A DNA stretch of 64,000 bases from Actinobacteria bacterium UBA7524 (GTDB lineage: Bacteria > Actinomycetota > Coriobacteriia > Anaerosomatales > UBA912): contig DLMY01000003.1 in NCBI GenBank assembly GCA_002478275.1, positions 25,756 to 89,755 of the forward strand, in the 5' to 3' direction. Numbering within the stretch: position 1 is the first letter of the stretch; each line of letters starts with the position of its first letter. The notes beneath the pieces were generated by a model, which worked only from the letters and a program-made list of their open reading frames with translations, was not told where the DNA came from and did no database searches. Made by a program: the position numbers and the translations under genes. Shown here one piece after another: positions 1 to 8,282 of the stretch.

Positions 1-721
1 ACTGCCGGGCAAAGGCGGTCGCATCCTCTTCGAACGAACGCCTACGCTTCACGATCTCCACCCTGTCCGCAGGCTCGCGCACGCCTTGGACGTCGACGCA
101 CAGTCCGAACCTGTCGAGCAGCTGGGGCCGTACGTCACCTTCCTCGGGGTTCATGGTGCCGACCAGGATGAAGCGTGCGGGGTGCTGGAACGAGACGCCT
201 TCACGTTCCACGGTGTTGACGCCCATCGCCGCTACATCAAGAAGCGTGTCGACCAGATGGTCATCGAGGAGGTTGACTTCGTCCACGTACAGGATCGAAC
301 GGTTCACCTGTCCCAGCAGCCCGGGCTGGAAGACGCGCTCCCCGTGTTTGAGGGCGTGCTCCAGGTCGAGTGTACCTACGAGGCGGTCCTCGGTAGCCGA
401 AACGGGCAGATCCACGACACGCGCACGCGTGGTGGTGCGCGGGAGCACTCCATCTTTTCGTCGCGTGGTGCATTCGACGCACCAGGAACCCGGGTCAGCG
501 GGGTCGCATGCGAATCTGCATCCATCGACCACATCGATGTCAGGAAGGATCGCGGCAAGTGCACGAACGGCGGTCGATTTCGCCGTGCCCTTCTCCCCGC
601 GCACCAGGACACCGCCCACTCGCGGATCCACAGCATTCAGCAGAAGTGCCGATTTGAGGGTCTCCTGGCCGACGATCGCCGTGAACGGATAGCTGTGGGC
701 AGGCCGTGCCGTTGGGACCAC
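1..721 (-). CDS. AAA+ ATPase of the Mg-chelatase subunit I (ChlI/BchI) family; its 3' end runs off the window
   Basis: Absent from the ORF track because there is no stop inside the window. My minus-strand translation reads ..[51 protein letters not shown]...[69 protein letters not shown].. It shows a Walker A (GEKGTAKST), a Walker B (LYVDEVN) and the MNPEEG[10 protein letters not shown] signature. The probable start is the GTG at 721-719, directly after GGAGG. The listed + ORF 86..820 is its antisense shadow. Confidence 0.8.
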   Translation of the reverse strand, partial: MVPTARPAHSYPFTAIVGQETLKSALLLNAVDPRVGGVLVRGEKGTAKSTAVRALAAILPDIDVVDGCRFACDPADPGSWCVECTTRRKDGVLPRTTTRARVVDLPVSATEDRLVGTLDLEHALKHGERVFQPGLLGQVNRSILYVDEVNLLDDHLVDTLLDVAAMGVNTVEREGVSFQHPARFILVGTMNPEEGDVRPQLLDRFGLCVDVQGVREPADRVEIVKRRRSFEEDATAFARQ

Positions 722-738
722 CTCCGAGCGAAATCGAA

Positions 739-764
739 CCTGACTACAATATACGGTAGTCAGG
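739..764. promoter_or_regulatory. Perfect 9-bp inverted repeat CCTGACTAC-N8-GTAGTCAGG with an AT-rich centre, lying between the acidic-protein stop and the chelatase-ATPase start
   Basis: Read directly: cctgactac aatatacg gtagtcagg. It is 18 nt upstream of the GTG at 721. On the minus strand it is followed by TTCGATTTCG. It could be an operator or a terminator/attenuator hairpin; the role is not resolved. Confidence 0.3.
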
Positions 765-816
765 TTCGCGGTGCCACCCCATATTTCGTGGTTCTGCAGA
801 GACTAGCGCCTGTAGT

Positions 817-2058
817 CTAGGTACTGCGCCACTGGAAATTGCCGCACGAGGACGGCTCGAGTCCCTCCTTGTTGGGGCAGGTCTTGACGTACACGCAGTC
901 CCCACAGGTAAGCGTGCGCATGTCCGCGGATGTCTGACCAACTGCCGCATCCGGGGACGCAGTCGTCGGCTCCTCCACGACCTCGAGATCCGCCAGAACG
1001 GACTCCAGTTCGCTGTCCACGACGCTGTCCGGACTCTCCTCCGCCGCAGGCTCCCCGGCGGGAGGCTCGGCCTCTACAGTCTCTTCGATCGGGGTCTCCT
1101 CGATCGGGATCTCCTCGGCGGGTGTCTCTTCAGCCGTGACGACCGGGGAGTCCTCCGGCTGCTGGTCAGTCTCGGCGTACGCGCCCATGATGACAGGCTG
1201 GGGGAACGCGACTTCGTCGTCTTCATGCGTCGGAAGCAGCGTATCTCCGTCGACCGCTGGCTCTTCGAACGGGTTCGGGACGAAGACTTCAGGCTCGGCT
1301 GGGGGTGCCGCCTCAGCTTCCGGCTCCACTTCCGCCTCGGGCTCCGGCTCTGGCTCGACTTCTGCCTCAGCCTCCGCGTCCGCCTCGGGCTCCGGCTCCA
1401 CGTCCGCCTCGGGCTCCGGCTCCACCTCGGGCTCCCGCACCTTGTCGGCTTTGGCAGCAGGGCGTGCCGAGTCGTCCCACGGCCATGCTTCGGGTGCCTT
1501 GGGCTCGACGGCCACCACCTCGGGACCGACAGACTCAGGCGCAACGATCCCTTCGGACTCAAGCGTGTCGGCGGCTCGCTTCAACGCATCGGCGAGGTCC
1601 GCTCCCTCATCGGCCTGCGCGACAGCCTCGGCCACCTCGGCGAACGTGTCGAGTTCGTGTGGCTCGTCGGCGACATCCTCGGCTTCTGCGATCACCGCGC
1701 TGGCGATCGGCTCCTCCACCTCTTCGGGCGTCTCGGCCCCTTGTTCGACGCCGTCCGAATCCTCGACCGCGCCCTCGAGCTCCGGGGCCTCCCACGCACC
1801 AGCGTCCTCGGCTGCAGCGTCTTCGGTCGAGGCTTCCTCTCCGGCGTCTGGGACAGGCGCGGTGGGCGCCACGAGCAAGACGGGAGTGGCACTATCGAGA
1901 TCGGCGACGAATACGTCCGCATCGCGATGCGGGAACGCAGGATCGGCAGAGAGCTTCGAGAGCGCCGCCAGCGCCTCCTGACGCGACGAGTAGAACTCCG
2001 AGGTGATGAGTCTCAGGTCGCCCTCATCGTGACCCTTGCCCAACAGATAGAACCCCAT
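817..2058 (-). CDS. Highly acidic low-complexity protein (E/P/A/V repeats) with a small folded N-terminus and a C-terminal 4-Cys motif; function unknown
   Basis: ORF 817..2190 trimmed to the ATG at 2058 (MGFYLLGKGHDEGDLRLITSEF..). The middle part is EPEPEADVEPEPEADAEAEAEVEPEPEPEAEVEPEAEA and IPIEETPIEETVEAEPPAGEPAAEE. The C-terminus is TCGDCVYVKTCPNKEGLEPSSCGNFQW. The other-frame ORFs across this repeat are Ser/Ala/Arg-rich shadows. Confidence 0.6.
   Translation of the reverse strand: MGFYLLGKGHDEGDLRLITSEFYSSRQEALAALSKLSADPAFPHRDADVFVADLDSATPVLLVAPTAPVPDAGEEASTEDAAAEDAGAWEAPELEGAVEDSDGVEQGAETPEEVEEPIASAVIAEAEDVADEPHELDTFAEVAEAVAQADEGADLADALKRAADTLESEGIVAPESVGPEVVAVEPKAPEAWPWDDSARPAAKADKVREPEVEPEPEADVEPEPEADAEAEAEVEPEPEPEAEVEPEAEAAPPAEPEVFVPNPFEEPAVDGDTLLPTHEDDEVAFPQPVIMGAYAETDQQPEDSPVVTAEETPAEEIPIEETPIEETVEAEPPAGEPAAEESPDSVVDSELESVLADLEVVEEPTTASPDAAVGQTSADMRTLTCGDCVYVKTCPNKEGLEPSSCGNFQWRST
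1378..1425. repeat. Perfect 24-bp tandem duplication inside the acidic-protein CDS (8-aa unit VEPEPEAD), with a degenerate extra copy just upstream around 1329-1352
   Basis: gtccgcctcgggctccggctccac occurs at 1378-1401 and again at 1402-1425. Confidence 0.9.
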
Positions 2059-2164
2059 GGTGCGGCACCTACGCAATCTCGACGGCTCACGGAACGGCCG
2101 TGACGGTCCATTCTTGTCTAGCACCCATGCTAGAGGGCTGCGTTTGCGACGGCAACCTCCAACG

Positions 2165-3031
2165 TCAGGTTCCGTCGGCGACCCCATCACGAAGAGCTGC
2201 CAGCCTCTCGATATTCACCGCGTCTTTCTCGGGGACTTCGCCAGGCATCTCGGTGATCACAGAAGTGGCACGCAAGCGGCGGGAGCGCATCATCGCTTCA
2301 AAGGATTCCTTCCCGAGTGTCCCCTCTCCTATCCACGCATGCCGGTCCCGTTTGGATCCTCGCTCCGAGAGGCAGTCGTTCGCATGTATCGCCTCGATCA
2401 CAAGCCCACCCGCCTCCATGGCGGTGACGTACGCATCCCATGCCTCAGCAGTGGAAAGGTCCTCGCCATAGGCATGCGCATGGCAGGTGTCCACGCAGAT
2501 CCCGACGCGATCGCCGATCTCGGCTGGCAAGGCATCGGCGACGAGCTGGAAGTGGAGTGGCTGGCATCCGAATCCCGTACCCGCCCCGGCCGAATTCTCC
2601 AGGAGCAACCGCGTCATGGATCCTGCGTCATCAGCCGCCTCAAACGCTCGGACGATCCGCTCGGCCACCCTCGACGCAGCAGCCTCCGTGTCCTTCGCGG
2701 GATGATTGCCGAGGTGAGTGATGACACCGGAGGCGCGCAGAATACCACCCCTCACGAGTTCGTCGGCCAGCGCTTCCACGGAACGTTCCGCGAGGGGGAC
2801 ATCGTCTGTGGCGAGGTTGATCAGATACGCGGTATGCGTGTAAAGCGGCATGTCGCCGGCGGCCTGCCGCAATCCGACAAGCTCGTGCGCCGCTTGCGCG
2901 TCGAGCTGTTTGGCCGCCCATTGCCGGGGACTCTTCGCGAAGATCTGGATGCATTCACATCCGACCTCGAGTGCATACTCCATCATCTTGGGATACCCGC
3001 CTGATGTGGATACGTGTGCGCCTATCAGCAT
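2165..3031 (-). CDS. nfo: Endonuclease IV (deoxyribonuclease IV, AP endonuclease family 2)
   Basis: MLIGAHVSTSGGY..IQIFAKSPRQW..THTAYLINLA..ITHLGNH..LLENSAGAGTGFG..ICVDTCHAHAYG..IHANDC...RDRHAWIGEG. Start moved to the ATG at 3031, which follows GAGGAAAGG. Confidence 0.9.
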   Translation of the reverse strand: MLIGAHVSTSGGYPKMMEYALEVGCECIQIFAKSPRQWAAKQLDAQAAHELVGLRQAAGDMPLYTHTAYLINLATDDVPLAERSVEALADELVRGGILRASGVITHLGNHPAKDTEAAASRVAERIVRAFEAADDAGSMTRLLLENSAGAGTGFGCQPLHFQLVADALPAEIGDRVGICVDTCHAHAYGEDLSTAEAWDAYVTAMEAGGLVIEAIHANDCLSERGSKRDRHAWIGEGTLGKESFEAMMRSRRLRATSVITEMPGEVPEKDAVNIERLAALRDGVADGT

Positions 3032-3128
3032 GACCGGCCTTTCCTCGGCGATTCCATGACGCATTCTAGCGCGAGTCATGCACGGCGCATTGGAGTGTCG
3101 TGTGACGGCGGACTAAACTGACCATATC

Positions 3129-4445
3129 ATGCATGCCGAGGAACCCCTTGTCCCCTCGAACCGCCCGTCCGGCCGCGCGTGTGACGCACAATCCGCGCCC
3201 GGGTCTCAGCTCACGCCATGGAACGGTCGCGCGATCCTGCACGTCGACCTGGATGCGTTCTTCGCCGCCGTCGAACAGCTTGACCATCCTGAGTGGCGTG
3301 GGCGGCCCGTCATCGTTGGCGGATCCCCGGAAGGCCGTGGCGTGGTCTCCACCGCTTCCTACGAGGCTCGGAAGTTCGGCATCCGCTCGGCGATGCCGGC
3401 TGCCCGGGCCGTACGTCTGGCCCCACCGGACGCCGTCTGGGCACGTCCCCGGTTCGAACGCTACAAGGAGATCTCCGACGCCGTCTTCGCCATCTTCGCT
3501 CAAACGACTCACCTCGTGCAGCCGCTCTCGATCGACGAGGCTTTCCTGGACGTCACATCTGCAGAATACGGGTCGACTCATCCTGTGACAGTCGCCGAGG
3601 AGATCGCGCTGAAGGTCGCCGAATTGGGAGTCACCTGCTCGGTCGGGGTGGCGACCTCCAAGACGGTTGCGAAGATCGCCTCGGACTTCGACAAACCCTG
3701 CGGTATCACCGTGGTTCCTCCCGGCACCGAAGCCGCGTTCCTCGCACCCCTTCCTGTCGAGGCCATGAGCGGTATCGGACCCAAGACAGCGGGGGCCCTG
3801 CGTTCTGTGGGCATCACCACCCTGGGCGAGCTGGCCGGGCTCGACGAGCGCACGGCGACCAGCCTGCTCGGTTCTGCTGCCGCGATGTTCGTTGATCGGG
3901 CACGCGGCGTGGATCCCAGGCCGGTCCATACGCGAGACCCGGTCAAGTCGGTCTCCAACGAGCGCACGTTCGCCGATGACCTGCGTCGAGCCGATGAGAT
4001 ACGTGAAGCCGTTCGGGAACTGTCCGCCAAAGTCGCCCGTCGACTGCGGAAGAAGGGTCTTTCGGGTAGGACGATCACCGTCAAAGTCAGATTCACGGAC
4101 TTCACCACTCGTAGCGCCCAAAGGTCACTGGATGCTGCCACCGATACCGAAGGCCTCATCGCTCACACGGCTCATGATCTGGTCGAGAAGCTGTGGACCC
4201 CGGGTGTGGGCGTCAGGCTTCTGGGTGTCGGCGTCACCGGGCTTCAGGAGATGGCTCGCCAGTTGGACCTCCTTGAAGAGACCCTCGGTGATGAGAGCGC
4301 ATCGGCGAAGCGCAGAGACCGTCTGACCAAAGGTATCGACGCCGTCCACGAGCGCTTCGGGGAAGCGGCGCTGCAGCGAGGTATGCGTGACGTGTCGCGG
4401 AAGGCCCCGGATGCCGGCGAGGACTCAGGAGGCAATCGTCCATGA
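3129..4445 (+). CDS. dinB: DNA polymerase IV (Y-family)
   Basis: ILHVDLDAFFAAVEQL..RGRPVIVGG...VVSTASYEARKFGIRSAMP...LSIDEAFLDVT; the catalytic Asp/Glu residues are present. The 3' end overlaps the 3' end of dnaE2 by 21 nt (convergent). Confidence 0.9.
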   Translation: MHAEEPLVPSNRPSGRACDAQSAPGSQLTPWNGRAILHVDLDAFFAAVEQLDHPEWRGRPVIVGGSPEGRGVVSTASYEARKFGIRSAMPAARAVRLAPPDAVWARPRFERYKEISDAVFAIFAQTTHLVQPLSIDEAFLDVTSAEYGSTHPVTVAEEIALKVAELGVTCSVGVATSKTVAKIASDFDKPCGITVVPPGTEAAFLAPLPVEAMSGIGPKTAGALRSVGITTLGELAGLDERTATSLLGSAAAMFVDRARGVDPRPVHTRDPVKSVSNERTFADDLRRADEIREAVRELSAKVARRLRKKGLSGRTITVKVRFTDFTTRSAQRSLDAATDTEGLIAHTAHDLVEKLWTPGVGVRLLGVGVTGLQEMARQLDLLEETLGDESASAKRRDRLTKGIDAVHERFGEAALQRGMRDVSRKAPDAGEDSGGNRP

Positions 4446-7400
4446 GTCTTCTTCCGGAGCTCCCGCTCCTCCTATCGAGGATCCCATCGGACCGCTCGGC
4501 ACCCCGTGGCGCAATCTGACATCTTGCCCGCCGTCCGTACGGATCCTGTACGCTTCCACGCTCCGGGCGATCACGGCGAGTCCACGCTCGCTGTTGTTCT
4601 GCAACGTGCCTTCCACGAGATAACAGCGGTGTTTCACTATCACGTCGCCGACTCGGGCCAGTACGTCCTCGAACACCACGACATCGAGTAATCCGGTCGC
4701 GTCCTCCAGCGTCAGGAAGCAGGTCCGTCTGCCCGACCGTGTCCGGGGCGTCTGGGCTCGCTCCCTGACCCCGCAGACGCGGACCTTCGAACCGTCGGGC
4801 ATCAGCGGAAGGTCCCGGGCGTACACGACCTCACGGCGTTCCAAGTCCTGGCGTGCAAGTGAGAGTGGATGACAGGTAAGGGAAAGTCCAAGTACCTCGA
4901 GTTCGGCACTCAGGCGACGGGCGGACGACCATCCACTGGGGTGTGTCGGGTCCTCGACGGGCCGTGCGGGTACCGGCGCCAGACACAAGACATCGTCGCC
5001 GGCCACGCCGTCCCGTGCCAGTACCGCTTTGAGCTCGGGCAACAAGGCGATGAGTTCGTCGCGGGTAGGAGTCCTGTCCTGCGCTGTGATCCCGAGGCCA
5101 TCGAATGCTCCGACCCGTATCAGGGCCGATGTGGCCGGGCTCTCTGCCCGCGTACGCCTCAAGAAATCGGCAAGGTCCCGGAACGGGCGTTTCGAGCGCT
5201 CGGCCACGATCGTGTCCCGCAACCGCTGCGTCATGTCGCGCACGTCACGAAAGCCCACCCTCATGGCGCGTCCATCGCGCTCGACCGTGTAGTCCGCCAG
5301 CGATTCGTTGACGTGCACGGGCAGGATCTCCACACCGTGCGCGCGTGCGTCTTCCACCACATGCCGGGGTGTGTAGAAACCCATCGGCTGGTTGTTCATG
5401 ATCGCCGTGGCGAACTCTGCCGGATAGTAGGTCTTGAGCCACGCGCTCGCATACGAGACCACGGCGAAGCAGGCGGCATGTGCTTTGTTGAACCCGTACG
5501 CCGCGAAACCTTCCAGCTGGCGGAATACCTCCTCGGCGGTCTCGATACCCACTCCCCTCTCGCATGCCCGCTCGATGAAGTGGGCGCGGATCGAGTCCAT
5601 CTCGGCGCGGGAGCGACCTCGGGTCATGGCGCGTCTGAGTGAATCGGCTTCCGCGAGATCGAAGCCGGCCACGGCACGCGCTACCAGCAACACCTGCTCC
5701 TGATAGACGATGACGCCGTAGGAGTCGCGCAGCGGCTCCTCCATACCCGGATGCGGGACCTCGACCGGCTCGATACCGTGACGGCGGCGGATGAACGGGG
5801 TGATCATCTCGGCCTCGAGCGGCCCGGGACGGAACAGCGATATCTGGGCGATGATGTCCTCGAAGCGTGTCGGAGCGAGCCGTCTGGAGAGGTTGCGCTG
5901 ACCGCTCGACTCGAGTTGGAACATCCCGACGGTGTCGGCGCGCGCGATCTTCGCGTAGACCGCAGGGTCGTCGGGAGTGAGCTCGAACGGCTCCGGCACC
6001 CCTTCAGGACCCGTGCGGGCGCGTGCGAGTTCGAGTGTCTCGCTGATCGCGGAATGCATCCGCAGGCCGAGGATGTCCATCTTCACCAGGCCGAGCGCCT
6101 CGATGTCGTCTTTGTCGTACTGGGAGACGACGACGCCTTTGGCTGCCCACTGGAGCGGCATCCACGTATCGATCGGCTCTCGGGTGATTATGAATCCTCC
6201 CAGATGCGTTCCCAGATGCATCGGGCAACCATCGAGCTGTTCGACGACATCGAGCAACAGGGAGTGCTCCGCGTTGCGCAAAGGATGATCGCGACACTCG
6301 GGATACTCTGCCAGCGCTTCCCGGATACGGGAGGCAGCGACCCAGGGCAGATATCGCGAAAGCGCATCGATGCCCGCAGGCGGGTGACCGAATGCCCGTG
6401 CAACCGTTCGCACCGCACTGCGCGCCGTCATCGTGTTGACGGTGGCCACCATCGCGACATGCTCATCGCCGAAACGCCGGTAGATGAAGTCGATGACCTC
6501 GTCACGTCGCGCCGAGTCGAAATCGACATCGATATCGGGCATCTGACGCCGCTCGGGGTTCAGGAAGCGCTCGAACAGCAGTTCATGAGCGATGGGATCG
6601 GCATCGGTGATACCGAGACAGTACGTGACGATACTGTCGCCCGCACTCCCGCGACCCGAGCATCGGATACCCTCGCCTTTTGCGAACTCGACTATCTCGT
6701 TCACTACCAGGAAGTACTCCGGAAAACCCAGTCTTCCGATGACCGAAAGCTCGTATTCGAGGCGCCGTAAGACCTCCGGCGTCATCGGACGATATCTTCT
6801 CTCGGCGCCCTTCCAGGCGAGTTTCGACAGTACGGAGTACGCCGTCTCACCGGCCGGAAGGGTCGCTCCGGGGAAATGGAAAGAGCCGAGCTCAAGATCG
6901 AGTTCGCAACGTTTCGCGATACGCACGGTCTCGTCACACGCCCGCTCCAGACCGGCGAACAGCTCCCGCATCTCCCTGGCCGGCTTGAACCACAACTCGC
7001 TGTTCGGACGGTCGTACGGGCCAGGAAGCCGCATCCTCGCACCCGCCGAGGAAAGCACGTCGTGGACCCGGGCATCTTCACGGCGTACATAGTGGACGTT
7101 GTTGGTCGCCGCGATAGGAAGCCCGAGCGAATCGGCCAGAGAGACGAGGGTATTGATGACCCTCGGCGCGTGAGGTGTCAGGTCATGGACGAGTTCGACG
7201 TAGAAATCCCCGGGCGCAAAACAGCTCGCCAGGACCGTAAGGGCATCTCTGGCGCGAGCTGTCTGCCCTGAGCGGATCGCCGTGGCCGCCTCACCGTTGC
7301 GGCAGCCCGAGAGAGCGATGATCCCTTCGCTTAAGGCTTTCAGGTCCTCGATACCGGCTATGCTGGGAGCATCGCCGGACCGTACGTGCATGCGTGAGAG

Positions 7401-7754
7401 CAGGCGGCACAGGTTCCGGTAACCGGTAAGGTCGCGAGCGAGCAACGTCAGATGCCACCCGCTGCCGGCCGCCCGTCCCGAACCGGTCCGGAAGGGCGTG
7501 AAGGACACCGGTTCCCCGAAGGCGGCGTGCGCGGCGCTCTCAACGGCCACCTCGGCGCCGATGATAGGGGTCAGTCCGGCTGAAAGCGCCTTTTGGTAGA
7601 ACCTGATCGCACCGTACAGCCCCTGGTGATCGGTGAGCGCGCATACCGACATACCCAATTCGCAGGTGCGAGCGAGCAGATCGTCCAGATCGCAGGCTCC
7701 GTCGCCGAAGCTGAAGCGGGAATGGGTGTGGAGGTGCACGAAGGACTCTGTCAT
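4425..7754 (-). CDS. dnaE2: Error-prone DNA polymerase III alpha-like subunit DnaE2
   Basis: 1109 aa. N-terminal PHP domain (FVHLHTHSRFSFGDGA..LTDHQGLYG) and a pol III alpha core (..PDIDVDF..GTHLGGFII..FQLESSGQR..FRPGP..GFNKAHA..). The size and the SOS box upstream of the operon fit DnaE2 rather than replicative DnaE1. Confidence 0.88.
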   Translation of the reverse strand: MTESFVHLHTHSRFSFGDGACDLDDLLARTCELGMSVCALTDHQGLYGAIRFYQKALSAGLTPIIGAEVAVESAAHAAFGEPVSFTPFRTGSGRAAGSGWHLTLLARDLTGYRNLCRLLSRMHVRSGDAPSIAGIEDLKALSEGIIALSGCRNGEAATAIRSGQTARARDALTVLASCFAPGDFYVELVHDLTPHAPRVINTLVSLADSLGLPIAATNNVHYVRREDARVHDVLSSAGARMRLPGPYDRPNSELWFKPAREMRELFAGLERACDETVRIAKRCELDLELGSFHFPGATLPAGETAYSVLSKLAWKGAERRYRPMTPEVLRRLEYELSVIGRLGFPEYFLVVNEIVEFAKGEGIRCSGRGSAGDSIVTYCLGITDADPIAHELLFERFLNPERRQMPDIDVDFDSARRDEVIDFIYRRFGDEHVAMVATVNTMTARSAVRTVARAFGHPPAGIDALSRYLPWVAASRIREALAEYPECRDHPLRNAEHSLLLDVVEQLDGCPMHLGTHLGGFIITREPIDTWMPLQWAAKGVVVSQYDKDDIEALGLVKMDILGLRMHSAISETLELARARTGPEGVPEPFELTPDDPAVYAKIARADTVGMFQLESSGQRNLSRRLAPTRFEDIIAQISLFRPGPLEAEMITPFIRRRHGIEPVEVPHPGMEEPLRDSYGVIVYQEQVLLVARAVAGFDLAEADSLRRAMTRGRSRAEMDSIRAHFIERACERGVGIETAEEVFRQLEGFAAYGFNKAHAACFAVVSYASAWLKTYYPAEFATAIMNNQPMGFYTPRHVVEDARAHGVEILPVHVNESLADYTVERDGRAMRVGFRDVRDMTQRLRDTIVAERSKRPFRDLADFLRRTRAESPATSALIRVGAFDGLGITAQDRTPTRDELIALLPELKAVLARDGVAGDDVLCLAPVPARPVEDPTHPSGWSSARRLSAELEVLGLSLTCHPLSLARQDLERREVVYARDLPLMPDGSKVRVCGVRERAQTPRTRSGRRTCFLTLEDATGLLDVVVFEDVLARVGDVIVKHRCYLVEGTLQNNSERGLAVIARSVEAYRIRTDGGQDVRLRHGVPSGPMGSSIGGAGAPEEDSWTIAS

Positions 7755-7763
7755 GAAGACGGC

Positions 7764-8207
7764 TCAATCCTGTATCCCTACAAGCATCCAACGGCACAAG
7801 AGGCGGTCATACGCCAGGTCGTAGGTGCCTCCTTTGGCAAGCACTCTCCAGACACGGCGACTGATCCTGCGGCGAGGGTCCCACCAGAAGCGCTCGACAG
7901 CCCAGACCTGCACCACCTCGTCGATACGGTACGAACGGGCATCCAGGGTGAACTCCGCAGGCCGGGCGCGCCTTTCGTCCCATGCGACCGCTACAGGCGC
8001 CTCACGCTTCTTGCCGATACCCGCATCGTGCTCCTCCAGCAAATCGGAACCCTTGAATAACCAGGGACTCTTGAGAAGCTCGACGACTATCGGCAGGCGA
8101 CCGTCTTTCGAAGCGAACAGGTCCATGCCCTGACCACCAGGATGGGACTGGTAACGTCTGATAGCGCTGTTCTGGCCCACGTACGGCCTCCCGGAGCGGA
8201 TGAACAC
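7764..8207 (-). CDS. Small protein of unknown function co-transcribed with dnaE2 (9-nt gap), at the position where imuA/imuB normally sit
   Basis: ORF with a Trp/Arg-rich C-terminal half: ..FTLDARSYRIDEVVQVWAVERFWWDPRRRISRRVWRVLAKGGTYDLAYDRLLCRWMLVGIQD. The start is uncertain: GTG at 8207 or ATG at 8126. From memory it resembles the DUF6504-type proteins found beside Y-family polymerase and dnaE2 genes, but I could not verify that here. Confidence 0.55.
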   Translation of the reverse strand: MFIRSGRPYVGQNSAIRRYQSHPGGQGMDLFASKDGRLPIVVELLKSPWLFKGSDLLEEHDAGIGKKREAPVAVAWDERRARPAEFTLDARSYRIDEVVQVWAVERFWWDPRRRISRRVWRVLAKGGTYDLAYDRLLCRWMLVGIQD

Positions 8208-8240
8208 GACGCCGCGGAGATCTCTTTCCGCGGCTGTTCG

Positions 8241-8269
8241 AGTATATCGAACATATGTTCGATATACAA
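8241..8269 (-). promoter_or_regulatory. Predicted sigma-70-type promoter of the small-ORF/dnaE2 operon, with the SOS box filling the spacer
   Basis: Minus strand reads TTGTAT (8269-8264), a 17-nt spacer containing the LexA box, then TATACT (8246-8241). A 7-bp hairpin CCGCGGA/TCCGCGG (8212-8233) follows in the leader. Confidence 0.5.
8247..8262. promoter_or_regulatory. LexA operator (SOS box) TCGAACATATGTTCGA
   Basis: Exact match to the actinobacterial/Gram-positive LexA consensus TCGAAC-N4-GTTCGA. It is the core of a perfect 26-bp palindrome, gtatatcgaacatatgttcgatatac (8242-8267). Confidence 0.85.
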
Positions 8270-8282
8270 CCCGGCTCTGACA

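Noticed and set aside
86-820. 244-aa + strand ORF at the left end of the window
   Set aside because: It is the antisense shadow of a clearly recognisable ChlI/BchI-type AAA+ ATPase on the minus strand, whose Walker A/B and MNPEEG...RPQLLDRFG motifs read cleanly. The + frame has no recognisable motifs.
1074-2103. Multiple overlapping ORFs in both strands and several frames across the acidic-repeat region
   Set aside because: All of them are Ser/Ala/Arg/Pro homopolymer-like translations produced by the GC-rich repeat. Only the minus-strand frame has non-repetitive, plausibly folded N- and C-terminal ends.
3032-3128. Possible second SOS box in the divergent nfo/dinB intergenic region
   Set aside because: No GAAC-N4-GTTC-type palindrome is present. 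Only the site at 8247-8262 fits the LexA consensus.
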